IMG/VR virus record: IMGVR_UViG_3300037692_000137
Location: 1 to 64,000 of that record
Length of the DNA stretch: 64,000 nucleotides
Direction: 5' to 3' (one strand)
DNA from: a virus
Taxonomy: Duplodnaviria; Caudoviricetes
In this document: positions 1 to 8,866 of the stretch, in pieces
Numbering within the stretch: the stretch's first letter is position 1
Layout: every line of letters begins with the position of its first letter
The notes under the pieces: generated by a model
What the model was told of the DNA's origin: nothing
The model's input: only the letters and a program-made list of their open reading frames with translations
Databases searched by the model: none
Position numbers and translations under genes: made by a program

Positions 1-177
1 GACGAGCAATCGGATGATCCAGTTCCTGCCCCGAAAGGGGTGGGTTACATGGTAAATGTAGCATCGAATAAAAATGGAGTAGGCTATCAACCGTGGATAC
101 ACATTGACGGTTGGAGTGAAGCTGTTGTGGCATGGCTACGTGAGTATGAATCATGTGGCTTTACCAAAGAAACATAG
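1..177 (+). CDS. 3' end of a hypothetical protein (truncated by window start)
   Basis: Frame 1 is open from base 1 (DEQSDDPVPAPKGVGYMV...FTKET) to TAG at 175-177, followed by TAA. Confidence 0.6.
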   Translation, partial: DEQSDDPVPAPKGVGYMVNVASNKNGVGYQPWIHIDGWSEAVVAWLREYESCGFTKET

Positions 178-184
178 TAAAGGT

Positions 185-450
185 CTTCGTTCCTTTACTA
201 GTTCTCGCACACTAGGCAGATAATAAAGGGTCAATCGCGATCCTCGATTTATCTATAGTGAGAACAAAAGCAAACAAACGAGTGGGATGGTGTGGTGGGA
301 TTACGTGATTAGGATAGTACCTGGCCTGCGTGCCAGGTCAATCTTGGTTACTACGCCGGGTAGTAGTTGCTTTGTGTACAAATTATGGACAGTGTATACT
401 TCCCATAGTACTCTGCACATCTCTAATTACTACCTGGCATTTTTTATTTT
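185..450 (+). ncRNA. candidate structured RNA or long 3' UTR (three long hairpins ending in a U-tract)
   Basis: Stems are 201-208/258-265, 319-325/332-338 and 355-369/424-438. The G-U wobbles work only on the + strand. A T-run follows at 440-450. Confidence 0.4.
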
Positions 451-464
451 AAATTAAATTTTTA

Positions 465-492
465 TTGACAATAAAATATATCTGAGTAGAAT
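465..492 (+). promoter_or_regulatory. sigma70-type promoter
   Basis: TTGACA (465-470), 16 nt spacer, TAGAAT (487-492), with an AT-rich UP-like region upstream. Confidence 0.7.
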
Positions 493-579
493 ATTACGTA
501 TCATTAATATGCAAAGCACACCTTACTTCACATATAAACGGTACAATAACAAGTTACTACGTAAGTCGTAGCTCAGATT

Positions 580-685
580 GGGGAATTCACGGTTTATTCG
601 CAATTAACGGGAATGAAGTAATCCTTCGCCTTATGGAGGCGGGCCTGGCCGTGTCCGTTATAGAATTCCCCGCTTTTCTTTTTTT
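580..685 (+). ncRNA. candidate structured leader or small RNA (multi-stem junction) with terminator-like U-tract
   Basis: GGGGAATTC (580-588) pairs with GAATTCCCC (663-671) and encloses two hairpins. GCTTTTCTTTTTTT follows. A 20-codon uORF at 509-571 precedes it. Confidence 0.4.
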
Positions 686-712
686 AAAAAACAACCCTGG
701 AGATAATTACTT

Positions 713-1033
713 ATGAGTGTGGGCAACGACTTTGATGCTGAATCTTTTATGTTTGGGCTGGGTTTTGGCTACGAGCTATCTCGCGGAGAAGACGAGTTAG
801 ACCTCGATGCCTATGACCCAGAAACTGATGATGTTCTTGAAATGTCTACTGCTGATAGAGAAGCTTATGTAGAAGATCTTGTTGAAATGACAGCTAACAT
901 GGGGGCAGGTATCTCAAGTGCATCAACAGAGCCAGAAAAAATACGGTTTTCAGATAACTTAATAGATCGAAAAAAACCTTTTGAAAGTTTTGTAGATCGC
1001 TACATTCAGGACCTTAATGATGGCAGAAGATAA
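713..1033 (+). CDS. acidic hypothetical protein
   Basis: 106 aa ORF with upstream GGAG RBS; overlaps the next gene. Confidence 0.7.
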   Translation: MSVGNDFDAESFMFGLGFGYELSRGEDELDLDAYDPETDDVLEMSTADREAYVEDLVEMTANMGAGISSASTEPEKIRFSDNLIDRKKPFESFVDRYIQDLNDGRR

Positions 1034-1799
1034 CAGAAAAATGCTTAGGCTGGTTGCTAAACCTGGCTCAAAAGCAAGAAGAGACATTACTGAAGCAACT
1101 GGTATAAGCAGATACACCGGTAATAAAAATAATACTGTTGCGGCTATCATAAACTACGGCCTATGCGGTGATCATCTAAGCGCTTTTCTAAAAAAGTATC
1201 CAGCGGCGGCAGGGTTGCCCATGTTAAACAAAAACATAGGTTGTCCTAAATATACAGCAGTTAAAGCTGCGGAGACAAAGGGTATTATCGTACCTGAAAC
1301 ACGTTTAAGCCTTTCAAAAGAACATAAGCTTGAAGAGTGGATAATCAAAAAACAACACTCTATCGGCGGTATTGGTATAAAGTATGCCCCAAGCAAAGAT
1401 CAGCATGCGGGCCATTACTACCAAAGATTTGTAAAAAATAGAAAATATGAACTACGCGTTCACGCATTCACTTGGACAAATTGCACAGTTCAAAAACGTC
1501 TAGGAAAATCAGACGTTATAGCGTGGAACTTCAAAAACGGTGGGCATTTTATAAGTGTACAGGCGCCTGAGAAGTATAAAATATTCAGAGAGGCTATACA
1601 AGTAGCATTAAAAGTTCTTGAAATAAGAGCCATGGCTTTTGGTGCCGTGGATTTTATTGTGGATGCTGAGGGTAAGTTATATTTTATTGAGGTGAATTCG
1701 TCACCCGGTTTTACTGACTTTAGCAAGCACATATATGTTGATGCTTTTATAGCATTGGCAAAATGTAGTAAAGCACAGATACTCGGTCTGTGCAAATAA
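1017..1799 (+). CDS. ATP-grasp (RimK-like) ligase
   Basis: Motifs IIKK..S.GG.GI, YYQRFV...ELRVH, WNF.NGG and FGAVDFIVD...YFIEVNSSPG. Confidence 0.85.
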   Translation: MMAEDNRKMLRLVAKPGSKARRDITEATGISRYTGNKNNTVAAIINYGLCGDHLSAFLKKYPAAAGLPMLNKNIGCPKYTAVKAAETKGIIVPETRLSLSKEHKLEEWIIKKQHSIGGIGIKYAPSKDQHAGHYYQRFVKNRKYELRVHAFTWTNCTVQKRLGKSDVIAWNFKNGGHFISVQAPEKYKIFREAIQVALKVLEIRAMAFGAVDFIVDAEGKLYFIEVNSSPGFTDFSKHIYVDAFIALAKCSKAQILGLCK

Positions 1800-2049
1800 A
1801 TGTGTGCTTTGGTACGCATTGGTAAAAGACTTGCTGCATCGTATGTTTATACTTATAACTTAGGTCTAGAAACATTGATTACATATATAGATACTTATTA
1901 ATTTCTAAAACTTGGGTATTTGTTAGGTGTAAACATTAGCAGAGAGTTGTTTTACTGAGGACGAGTGGGAAGATGGGTGGGTTGTCACCCTGGATAAGCA
2001 TGGCAGGTATTGGTCAGCTCTTAGCAAAGTAGTCTATACGAAACACTAA
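1800..2049 (+). pseudogene. possible degraded small gene
   Basis: ATG at 1800, in-frame TAA at 1899-1901, then a one-base frameshift in the T-run 1950-1953 that would restore a plausible tail (ELFTEDEWEDGWVVTLDKHGRYW). Confidence 0.3.
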
Positions 2050-2121
2050 GACCACCAGTAACCCCCATATTTGAAAGGGTGGCTGTTTTTTCTCACAAAA
2101 GTTAAGACAATAGGAAATAAA

Positions 2122-2649
2122 ATGAACAAAGCTTTAATTATAATTGACATGCTTAATGACTTCATCATGGAAAACGGCGCTTTATACTGTGGCAAGGCAG
2201 CTTCGGATATAGTAGCACGGATACAGGATAAATTGGAGTTGGCAAGAAAGAATAACGAAGTAGTCGTCTTTCTGTGCGATGCCCATAAACCGTATGACAA
2301 AGAATTTCAACGTTTTCCAAAACATGCTGTAATAAATACAGTGGGCGCCCAAATAATTGATAGCCTTTCCCCGGTGGAAAGAGGCCGCGAGTATGTTATT
2401 AAGAAAACGCGTTATAGTGGTTTCTATAATACCAATTTGAATATGGTATTAAAATTAAATAATATAACACATGCGGAAGTTGTTGGTGTTTGTACTAACA
2501 TCTGTGTTATGGAAACGGTAGGAGGACTATCCAACCGTGACATTACTACTTTTATTGATAGGTCGGCTGTTGCTGATTTTGACAAGGTTGCTGCAGACGC
2601 CGCTCTCCTGCGTATGCAGTGTATATACGGAACAGTCGTGGTTCCGTAG
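2122..2649 (+). CDS. pncA: nicotinamidase (isochorismatase-like cysteine hydrolase)
   Basis: Motifs IIIDMLNDF, DAH, PKHAV, KKTRYSGF and GVCTNICV (catalytic Asp-Lys-Cys). The start is set at ATG 2122 after AGGAAA. NAD operon context. Confidence 0.85.
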   Translation: MNKALIIIDMLNDFIMENGALYCGKAASDIVARIQDKLELARKNNEVVVFLCDAHKPYDKEFQRFPKHAVINTVGAQIIDSLSPVERGREYVIKKTRYSGFYNTNLNMVLKLNNITHAEVVGVCTNICVMETVGGLSNRDITTFIDRSAVADFDKVAADAALLRMQCIYGTVVVP

Positions 2650-2662
2650 TTGTTTCTCCAAT

Positions 2663-2694
2663 GATGGGCGGGGTGGGAGACTGCCCTGCTCATC
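2663..2694 (+). promoter_or_regulatory. GC-rich intercistronic hairpin (attenuator or mRNA stability element)
   Basis: GATGGGCGGG pairs with CCTGCTCATC between pncA and the radical SAM gene; no long U-tract. Confidence 0.45.
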
Positions 2695-2710
2695 TATTAC
2701 GAGGACCATA

Positions 2711-3571
2711 ATGAAAAAGATAAGCACTTTATCTGTTGTAGCTGGGACTAATAACTGTAACGCAAAGTGCCCATTTTGCGTAGCCAAAATGACTCCGGTT
2801 CAAGGACTTATAGACAATATAAATCAACGTAACTTGGACATCGCCTGTCGCTTGGCTGAAAAATCCGGCGCTGTAACCGCACTAATAACTGGTAAAGGTG
2901 AACCTACCTTATACCCAGATACCATCTCGTTCTACCTCACACACCTCTCCAAGTACTTTCCAATCCTTGAATTACAAACCAACGGTTTGATACTCCCAGA
3001 CGATAAATATAATGAGTTTTTAAAAAGTTGGTATGATCTTGGCCTTACGACAATATCCTTGTCAGTTGTACACTATGAGGATGTGCGTAATAAAGAGGTT
3101 TATACTGGTAATAAAGACTACATTAATTTATCAGCATTAATAAATAAGTTGCATAAATATGGTTTTAGTGTTAGACTACGCGTTATAGCCATAAAAGGTT
3201 ATGTAGATTCTCCACTTGAAATAGCACGTATGATTAAGTTTGCTAAGGATAATAATGTCGCACAATTAACCATAAGGCCCATGGTGGCTTATAGGTCTAC
3301 CAGTAACAACAAAGTTCTAACCTGGGTTTTAATCCACGAGATTGGGCCTAACTGGGAACCTATTGTTACCAACACACTAAGTAAAATAAAAAATACATTC
3401 TTAATGGACCTTGTTCACGGCGGTAAAGTGTATGACATCTCTGGCCAGAATGTGTGTTTTAGCAACTGTTTAACTTTGCACCCTAACGACGTAGAATTAC
3501 GTCAATTAATATATTTCCCTGACGGCAAGCTAACCTACGATTGGAGATACAAAGGAGCACGAATACTATGA
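2711..3571 (+). CDS. radical SAM protein of unknown specificity
   Basis: CNAKCPFC (CxxxCxxC), ITGKGEPTLY and ELQTNG. The start is reassigned to ATG 2711 after a GAGG RBS. The stop overlaps the pncB start (ATGA). Confidence 0.85.
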   Translation: MKKISTLSVVAGTNNCNAKCPFCVAKMTPVQGLIDNINQRNLDIACRLAEKSGAVTALITGKGEPTLYPDTISFYLTHLSKYFPILELQTNGLILPDDKYNEFLKSWYDLGLTTISLSVVHYEDVRNKEVYTGNKDYINLSALINKLHKYGFSVRLRVIAIKGYVDSPLEIARMIKFAKDNNVAQLTIRPMVAYRSTSNNKVLTWVLIHEIGPNWEPIVTNTLSKIKNTFLMDLVHGGKVYDISGQNVCFSNCLTLHPNDVELRQLIYFPDGKLTYDWRYKGARIL

Positions 3572-4872
3572 ATATGAAGCCGATAATAGTAAGTCTATTA
3601 GATAATGATGCGTATACCTTTTATATGTGTCAATTTATACTTAGTAGATTTAAAGGCACTATTGCTAAGTATAAATATAAATGTCGTAATGGTAATGGTT
3701 TTCCGGCAGGCCTTACAGACGAGAAAAAATACTTGTTTGTGTCAATGATGAATAGCCAGATAGACTCTTTATGTGAATTAAAGTTCAACGAGGCTGAAAT
3801 CGCATTTTTACGTGGCACGGGCAAATTTAAGGAGGAATTCTTAGACTTTCTAAGGACGCTTACTTTGGACAGATCACATATCAAATGTACTTGTAGGGGT
3901 GGCGGCTTATACATTGAAATAGAAGGACCCATTGAGAAAGTAATATGGTATGAAACACCGATACTTGCTATAAATAGTGAATTGTATTATCGTTATTATG
4001 ATGTCGCAATAGAAAAGTATGTTGGAAGCTATCAGGATAACTTTAAACTAGAACACAGATTTACATTAACAAATAGTGAGCGGCACACAAATAGTTTAAA
4101 CGTGGCTAGGGAAAAGCTACAGGTTAAAATTAATGAGATACGCGAAGCATCGCTACCAGGTTTTAATATTGTAGACTTTGGTACAAGAAGACGGGCTACT
4201 TTAGGATGGCAAGACGAGGTACTAACCACCCTTAAAAAGGAAGTACCGTCTGTTTTAAAAGGTACCTCTAATTGTTACTTAGCTATGAAGCATGACTTAC
4301 CAATTGTAGGGACGATGGCACATCAGCTGTTTCAAATGTATCAACAAATGGCCGGCGCTACTGATTGTCAAACCGTACTACTATCAGAATGGCAGAGAGA
4401 GTACGGCGACCAACTTCTTATTGCTTTAAGTGATATATTTGGTTTTGAGGCATTTCTAGCAGACTTTGTCAGCTTTGCTCAAGCTTACACTGGTACTAGA
4501 CATGATAGTGCAAACCCATACATTTGGTGCGAAAAGCTGCTTGCTTTTTACAAAAAGTTAAATATTGTTGCAGGTAAAAAGACGGCCGTATTTAGTGATG
4601 GTTTAACTGTGACTACAGCTTTACAACTTTACGCTACATTCTATAAAAGAATAAACGTGGCCATTGCTATAGGCACTAATCTAACAAACGATACAGACGT
4701 CGGAGCACTACAAATTGTAATTAAACTTGTGGAGTTTAACCACGGCCCTGTAGCAAAGGTAAGTGACTCTCCAGGAAAAGGTATGTGTGAAAGTTACGAT
4801 TATGAAGAATACATAAACTACATTGTAGCTCAAAAAGAAAGGAGATACAAACAATGGCTAGAAAACAAATAG
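3568..4872 (+). CDS. pncB: nicotinate phosphoribosyltransferase
   Basis: Motifs SLLDNDAY, DFGTRRR, GTSN, GTMAH, RHDS, FSDGL, IGTNLTND and KVSDSPGK. Confidence 0.93.
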   Translation: MNMKPIIVSLLDNDAYTFYMCQFILSRFKGTIAKYKYKCRNGNGFPAGLTDEKKYLFVSMMNSQIDSLCELKFNEAEIAFLRGTGKFKEEFLDFLRTLTLDRSHIKCTCRGGGLYIEIEGPIEKVIWYETPILAINSELYYRYYDVAIEKYVGSYQDNFKLEHRFTLTNSERHTNSLNVAREKLQVKINEIREASLPGFNIVDFGTRRRATLGWQDEVLTTLKKEVPSVLKGTSNCYLAMKHDLPIVGTMAHQLFQMYQQMAGATDCQTVLLSEWQREYGDQLLIALSDIFGFEAFLADFVSFAQAYTGTRHDSANPYIWCEKLLAFYKKLNIVAGKKTAVFSDGLTVTTALQLYATFYKRINVAIAIGTNLTNDTDVGALQIVIKLVEFNHGPVAKVSDSPGKGMCESYDYEEYINYIVAQKERRYKQWLENK

Positions 4873-5477
4873 CCCTCTTAGGCGGCGCGTTCGATCCTGT
4901 AACATTAGGCCATGTATTAGTGGCTAAAATGTTATTGCGTGTAGCAAACTTTGACAATGTGTGGTTTCTGCCGAGCTATCATTCATGGAATGATAAAAAT
5001 ATGCAGAGCCCTGAGCATCGTTTAAACATGTTGAAGTTAACCTGCGAAGACATCCATGATAGACGGCTAAATGTATGTTCTTATGAAATTAAAAACAAGA
5101 TAGTAGCCCCAACAGCCACCGTCTTGGATCGTTTAACACCTTATCTGGAGGCCGATTTTTCATTTTGTATAGGCACAGATCAAGCAGATGATATTCAAAC
5201 CTGGCATGAATGGGAGCGCTTAATAAGCCAGTACTCATTTGTAGTCATAGAGCGTCCTGGTAATCCATATGTGCCTGGTAGTTGGTATACTTCCTCACGA
5301 CACCAGTTTATTAATAATACCTCATGTATTAGCAGTGTTTCCTCTACAGATGTTAGGAGATCAATTGCTGCCGACGGGGTATCCTATGATGTAACACAGT
5401 CAGTAATGAACTATATTAAAGATAATAAACTTTATATCTCTAATGAAGGAGCTAAGAAAATAAATGTTGGAAATTAA
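4854..5477 (+). CDS. nadD: nicotinate-nucleotide adenylyltransferase
   Basis: Motifs GGAFDPVTLGH, R..ML, IGTDQ and SSTDVR. Confidence 0.92.
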   Translation: MARKQIALLGGAFDPVTLGHVLVAKMLLRVANFDNVWFLPSYHSWNDKNMQSPEHRLNMLKLTCEDIHDRRLNVCSYEIKNKIVAPTATVLDRLTPYLEADFSFCIGTDQADDIQTWHEWERLISQYSFVVIERPGNPYVPGSWYTSSRHQFINNTSCISSVSSTDVRRSIAADGVSYDVTQSVMNYIKDNKLYISNEGAKKINVGN

Positions 5478-6297
5478 TCAAAATTACCCTGTTATGTATA
5501 CTAACATTCTGGCCGAAAGTATGGAATATGTACGTCGAAGTCGGCTGGAATCTTTAGTCGTAGGTGTATCAGGTGGGATAGATAGTGCGCTGGTTGCCGC
5601 ATTGGCGAGAATCGTTTGTGATGAGACCGGTACCACGCTTATCGGGCGTAGTATACCCATTGTCACAAACAGAAGAAGTGAAGTGCTACGCGCCAGGGCT
5701 ATTGGCAAATGCTTCTGTGATGAGTTTAAAGAAACCCACATGGATGACGCATATAATAACTTATATAAGAGTATAGCGGACGAGGACAGACATGATGTTA
5801 ACACAAAAGCTGAGAAAATACGCCGCGGCAATATAAAAGCACGTATGCGGATGATACAGCTTTATGACTTGGCACACCTTAACAACGGCCTTGTCCTCTC
5901 AACCGATAACTACACAGAACTTTTACTTGGTTTTTGGACCATGCATGGTGATGTGGGTGACTATGGGATGATACAGAGTCTGTGGAAAACTGAGGTGTAC
6001 GGCTTGTCTGATTGGCTCTGTAAAAAGTATACCATGAATGGTTATACAGACAAAGCAGAGGCCCTAAATGCCTGTATTTCCGCAGTGCCCACCGACGGGT
6101 TGGGGGTAACTGAGAGTGACTTTGATCAACTTGGGTTACGTCACTACACTGACATCGATAATGTGCTACTCAAGTACATTACAGAAGGTGTGGGTGGTGA
6201 CGATGAGAACCCAGTCGTGCTTCGTTATGAGGGCACACATCACAAGAGAAACTCCCCTGTAAATATTCCACGTAATAGGATTCTGGGGATAATGTAA
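5464..6297 (+). CDS. nadE: NH3-dependent NAD+ synthetase
   Basis: Motifs GVSGGIDSA, GNIKARMRM, TDNYTE..LGFWTMHGD, KTEVY and PTDGL. No glutaminase domain. Confidence 0.93.
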   Translation: MLEINQNYPVMYTNILAESMEYVRRSRLESLVVGVSGGIDSALVAALARIVCDETGTTLIGRSIPIVTNRRSEVLRARAIGKCFCDEFKETHMDDAYNNLYKSIADEDRHDVNTKAEKIRRGNIKARMRMIQLYDLAHLNNGLVLSTDNYTELLLGFWTMHGDVGDYGMIQSLWKTEVYGLSDWLCKKYTMNGYTDKAEALNACISAVPTDGLGVTESDFDQLGLRHYTDIDNVLLKYITEGVGGDDENPVVLRYEGTHHKRNSPVNIPRNRILGIM

Positions 6298-6325
6298 AGC
6301 AAGTTAACAGTCAAGAGGAGTTACT

Positions 6326-7576
6326 ATGGGTTCTTTCAATGTTGCATGTTCAATTAGTAATGTAAGCATTGGCGCTGGCCAACGTGTAGCATTTATTCCG
6401 TTGGTAGCAAAGCGTTATTTGTCTAAAGATGATAAGCTACCAATACCCAATCAGATGCTCATTGAGCCCGACTCATTATTAACTCCTTTTTGTCTGCCAA
6501 TCTTTGGTAAATACAATGACTATGGTTCAGTAGAACACATAGAAAAGGACGCAAATACCGCGGCCATTGAAGCATACATAGGTATGCCCATAGACTCCTT
6601 TGTTGACTGTGTTACTTGTGGTAGAGAGCCCCATGATTATTTCGGCGATTTATTTAAACATTTTGTCATCAATGGGACTCGTTGGGTAGTAAGAGACTAC
6701 CGAGTTCATTTTGATGGTAAGTACCTGGAACAAGTGGGTTTTAAACGACTTGACATACCGGGAGAAGCCTGGTATGATTATATTTATGAGGACTTTCCTT
6801 ACCTGGTTAAACTCATAGCTGGCTATGATCAACGACCTATTTATCCTAATAACGGACATCGTATTATGGGTATAGGCTTTGAAATATACGATCATACTGG
6901 AAGTGTGGTTTATACGGGCAGTCATTACGACGCAAAGTCGGCACTACCCAAAGCATTCTTAGCGCTTACTGGCTACTTTATTTATGTTAATAAAGAAGAC
7001 CAAGAAAAAGTTAAGTTACTTAAAAATATGTCTGGTATGTTTATACATAGCGACATCTGGGACTATATGATAAACGTACAAGCACATCAGCATGAACAAA
7101 TTAGTACATCTTTTGATGAGCTTAGTCAAAAGATAACAGCTTATGATAAAGGTGAGTATGATTACTATATGCATACTATGCCTTCTGTTGAAAAACAACT
7201 CAAAGAACATAACCTGTTGTGCGCAATACTTGAAAAGGATGAAGAATTTATACCACGCCAACCTGGAAGCGCACTTAAAATATCTCAACCATTCTTTGGA
7301 GATCCTATAACGTCGGTTATTACTGAAAACTATTTTCATAGATTCTTTAACAATTGGCCGTACTTTGCTCCAGTCTATCGCGCGGCAATAAAGGATGGCA
7401 GTATAAAGGAGCACTTCATGAATTATTGTAGCTTTTATTGGGAGATGTATTCCACCAATAGGTTTTTCTTTCCCGGCATGCATGGTGAGCAGTGTGGTAA
7501 CACAGAAGCGTCGTTGCGTCTTGCAAGACAAACAGTTAAACTTTTAGAAGAAAGACAAACGGAGGAAAATGAATAA
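6326..7576 (+). CDS. hypothetical protein
   Basis: 416 aa ORF with GAGGAG RBS; no recognised domain. Confidence 0.8.
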   Translation: MGSFNVACSISNVSIGAGQRVAFIPLVAKRYLSKDDKLPIPNQMLIEPDSLLTPFCLPIFGKYNDYGSVEHIEKDANTAAIEAYIGMPIDSFVDCVTCGREPHDYFGDLFKHFVINGTRWVVRDYRVHFDGKYLEQVGFKRLDIPGEAWYDYIYEDFPYLVKLIAGYDQRPIYPNNGHRIMGIGFEIYDHTGSVVYTGSHYDAKSALPKAFLALTGYFIYVNKEDQEKVKLLKNMSGMFIHSDIWDYMINVQAHQHEQISTSFDELSQKITAYDKGEYDYYMHTMPSVEKQLKEHNLLCAILEKDEEFIPRQPGSALKISQPFFGDPITSVITENYFHRFFNNWPYFAPVYRAAIKDGSIKEHFMNYCSFYWEMYSTNRFFFPGMHGEQCGNTEASLRLARQTVKLLEERQTEENE

Positions 7577-7733
7577 ATCAAATAAGCCGTCTAACTGGAC
7601 TAATTGTAAAAAATGCACCTGCCCAAAGTGCTCCAGCAGTAGAACCCAGAATAGAGAAAACGACGCTGGTGATTTTGAACACAGGTGCTTAGAGTGTAAA
7701 AATACCTGGGTAGTTGACGGGGTTGATTATTAA
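7569..7733 (+). CDS. small zinc-ribbon protein
   Basis: Own translation, 54 aa: MNKSNK...CKKCTCPKCSS...HRCLECKNTW. GGAGG RBS. Confidence 0.6.
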   Translation: MNKSNKPSNWTNCKKCTCPKCSSSRTQNRENDAGDFEHRCLECKNTWVVDGVDY

Positions 7734-7739
7734 TGTTTC

Positions 7740-8222
7740 TTGCTAAGGGTGGGGGTTTTATTTATGACAACATTTAAAAGTATTAAACTGAAAGTCCTGC
7801 CCTTACCAACATTCTTTTTATTTTATAAAAAATTGTTGGGTGAGCAAACCACACTAACTGAATGTGTTGAGCAGTTTTTCGGTTATGTACACGAGATCAG
7901 ACCCATAATCGGGAGAGAAGGCCATTATTATGATAGAGTAAATAACTTTGCTTGGGTCGAGTTTGATAAAAAGGCCTTTGTGGATTTAACCCCAGAAAGC
8001 TTTGTCTACGAATTGAAGATGTTAAACCACACACCGTTGCCGGCAAAAGTAAAACAGGCAATTAAAGTATTGAAACATTACAACGCATGCCCTACTGATC
8101 TTAAAGAGCTTATCTACACAGATGAGTGTTTCTTAATGGGACAACAGGCGCATAAACATGCTATACTGGCCAGCATAAGGGTACAAAAACGTTTTAGAGA
8201 GGAGTTGACAAACGAGCTATGA
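7740..8222 (+). CDS. hypothetical protein
   Basis: ORF coupled to the next gene by an ATGA overlap. The true start may be ATG 7764. Confidence 0.7.
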   Translation: MLRVGVLFMTTFKSIKLKVLPLPTFFLFYKKLLGEQTTLTECVEQFFGYVHEIRPIIGREGHYYDRVNNFAWVEFDKKAFVDLTPESFVYELKMLNHTPLPAKVKQAIKVLKHYNACPTDLKELIYTDECFLMGQQAHKHAILASIRVQKRFREELTNEL

Positions 8223-8854
8223 AGTATTATAAGTATCCAAGAACGCCACATCTCCCTTGGAGCCCCGGCAAAACAAATGACGACAAAGTATTAAAAGATA
8301 CCTCCCATTTTCTTGGAAAAGAAATAGTCATGTCATTGAAGATGGATGGCGAGGCAACAACTTTATATAGTAATCACATGCATGCCAGATCTATTGATTC
8401 TAAGGACCATCCATCAAGACACTGGTTAAAAGCCCTTCATAGTGCCATTAGAGGCTTAATACCCGCCTGCCATAGGGTATGTGGTGAGAACCTCTACGCA
8501 CGTCACAGCATATCTTACAATGTGTTATTGAGCTATTTCCAGGTGTACTCCATATGGGATGAGAAGAATGAATGTCTACCTTGGGATATAACCACTGAGA
8601 AATGCAATCATATGGGTTTAATTACAGTGCCTGTTGTTTGGAGAGGTACAATAAATGATGATCTTAGCTCCATTTTACAGGCACTATTTGAACCTTACGA
8701 AAAAGAGCATGAAGGGTACGTAATACGTACTGCCGACTCTTTTCCATATGATGAATTTGGTACACACATTGCTAAGTATGTAAGAAAAAATCATGTACAG
8801 ACCGACGAACACTGGTTGAATCAATCAGTAGTTAAGAACAAACTTAAACTGTGA
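8219..8854 (+). CDS. ATP-dependent RNA ligase family protein
   Basis: Motifs KYPRTPHLPWSPG, KMDG (motif I), GENLYARHSI, EGYVIR and AKYVR. Confidence 0.85.
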   Translation: MKYYKYPRTPHLPWSPGKTNDDKVLKDTSHFLGKEIVMSLKMDGEATTLYSNHMHARSIDSKDHPSRHWLKALHSAIRGLIPACHRVCGENLYARHSISYNVLLSYFQVYSIWDEKNECLPWDITTEKCNHMGLITVPVVWRGTINDDLSSILQALFEPYEKEHEGYVIRTADSFPYDEFGTHIAKYVRKNHVQTDEHWLNQSVVKNKLKL

Positions 8855-8866
8855 GGCACTGCTAAC

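Noticed and set aside
2537-2710. N-terminal extension of the radical SAM ORF given in the ORF track
   Set aside because: It overlaps pncA and an intercistronic hairpin. The ATG at 2711 has an RBS and gives a normal domain start.
959-7531. Antisense and alternate-frame ORFs in the + strand region (e.g. 959-1150, 1172-1396, 1490-1819, 2046-2300, 3630-3932, 5484-5831, 5585-5776, 7016-7531)
   Set aside because: They overlap well-supported genes and have no motifs or RBS, so they are shadow ORFs.
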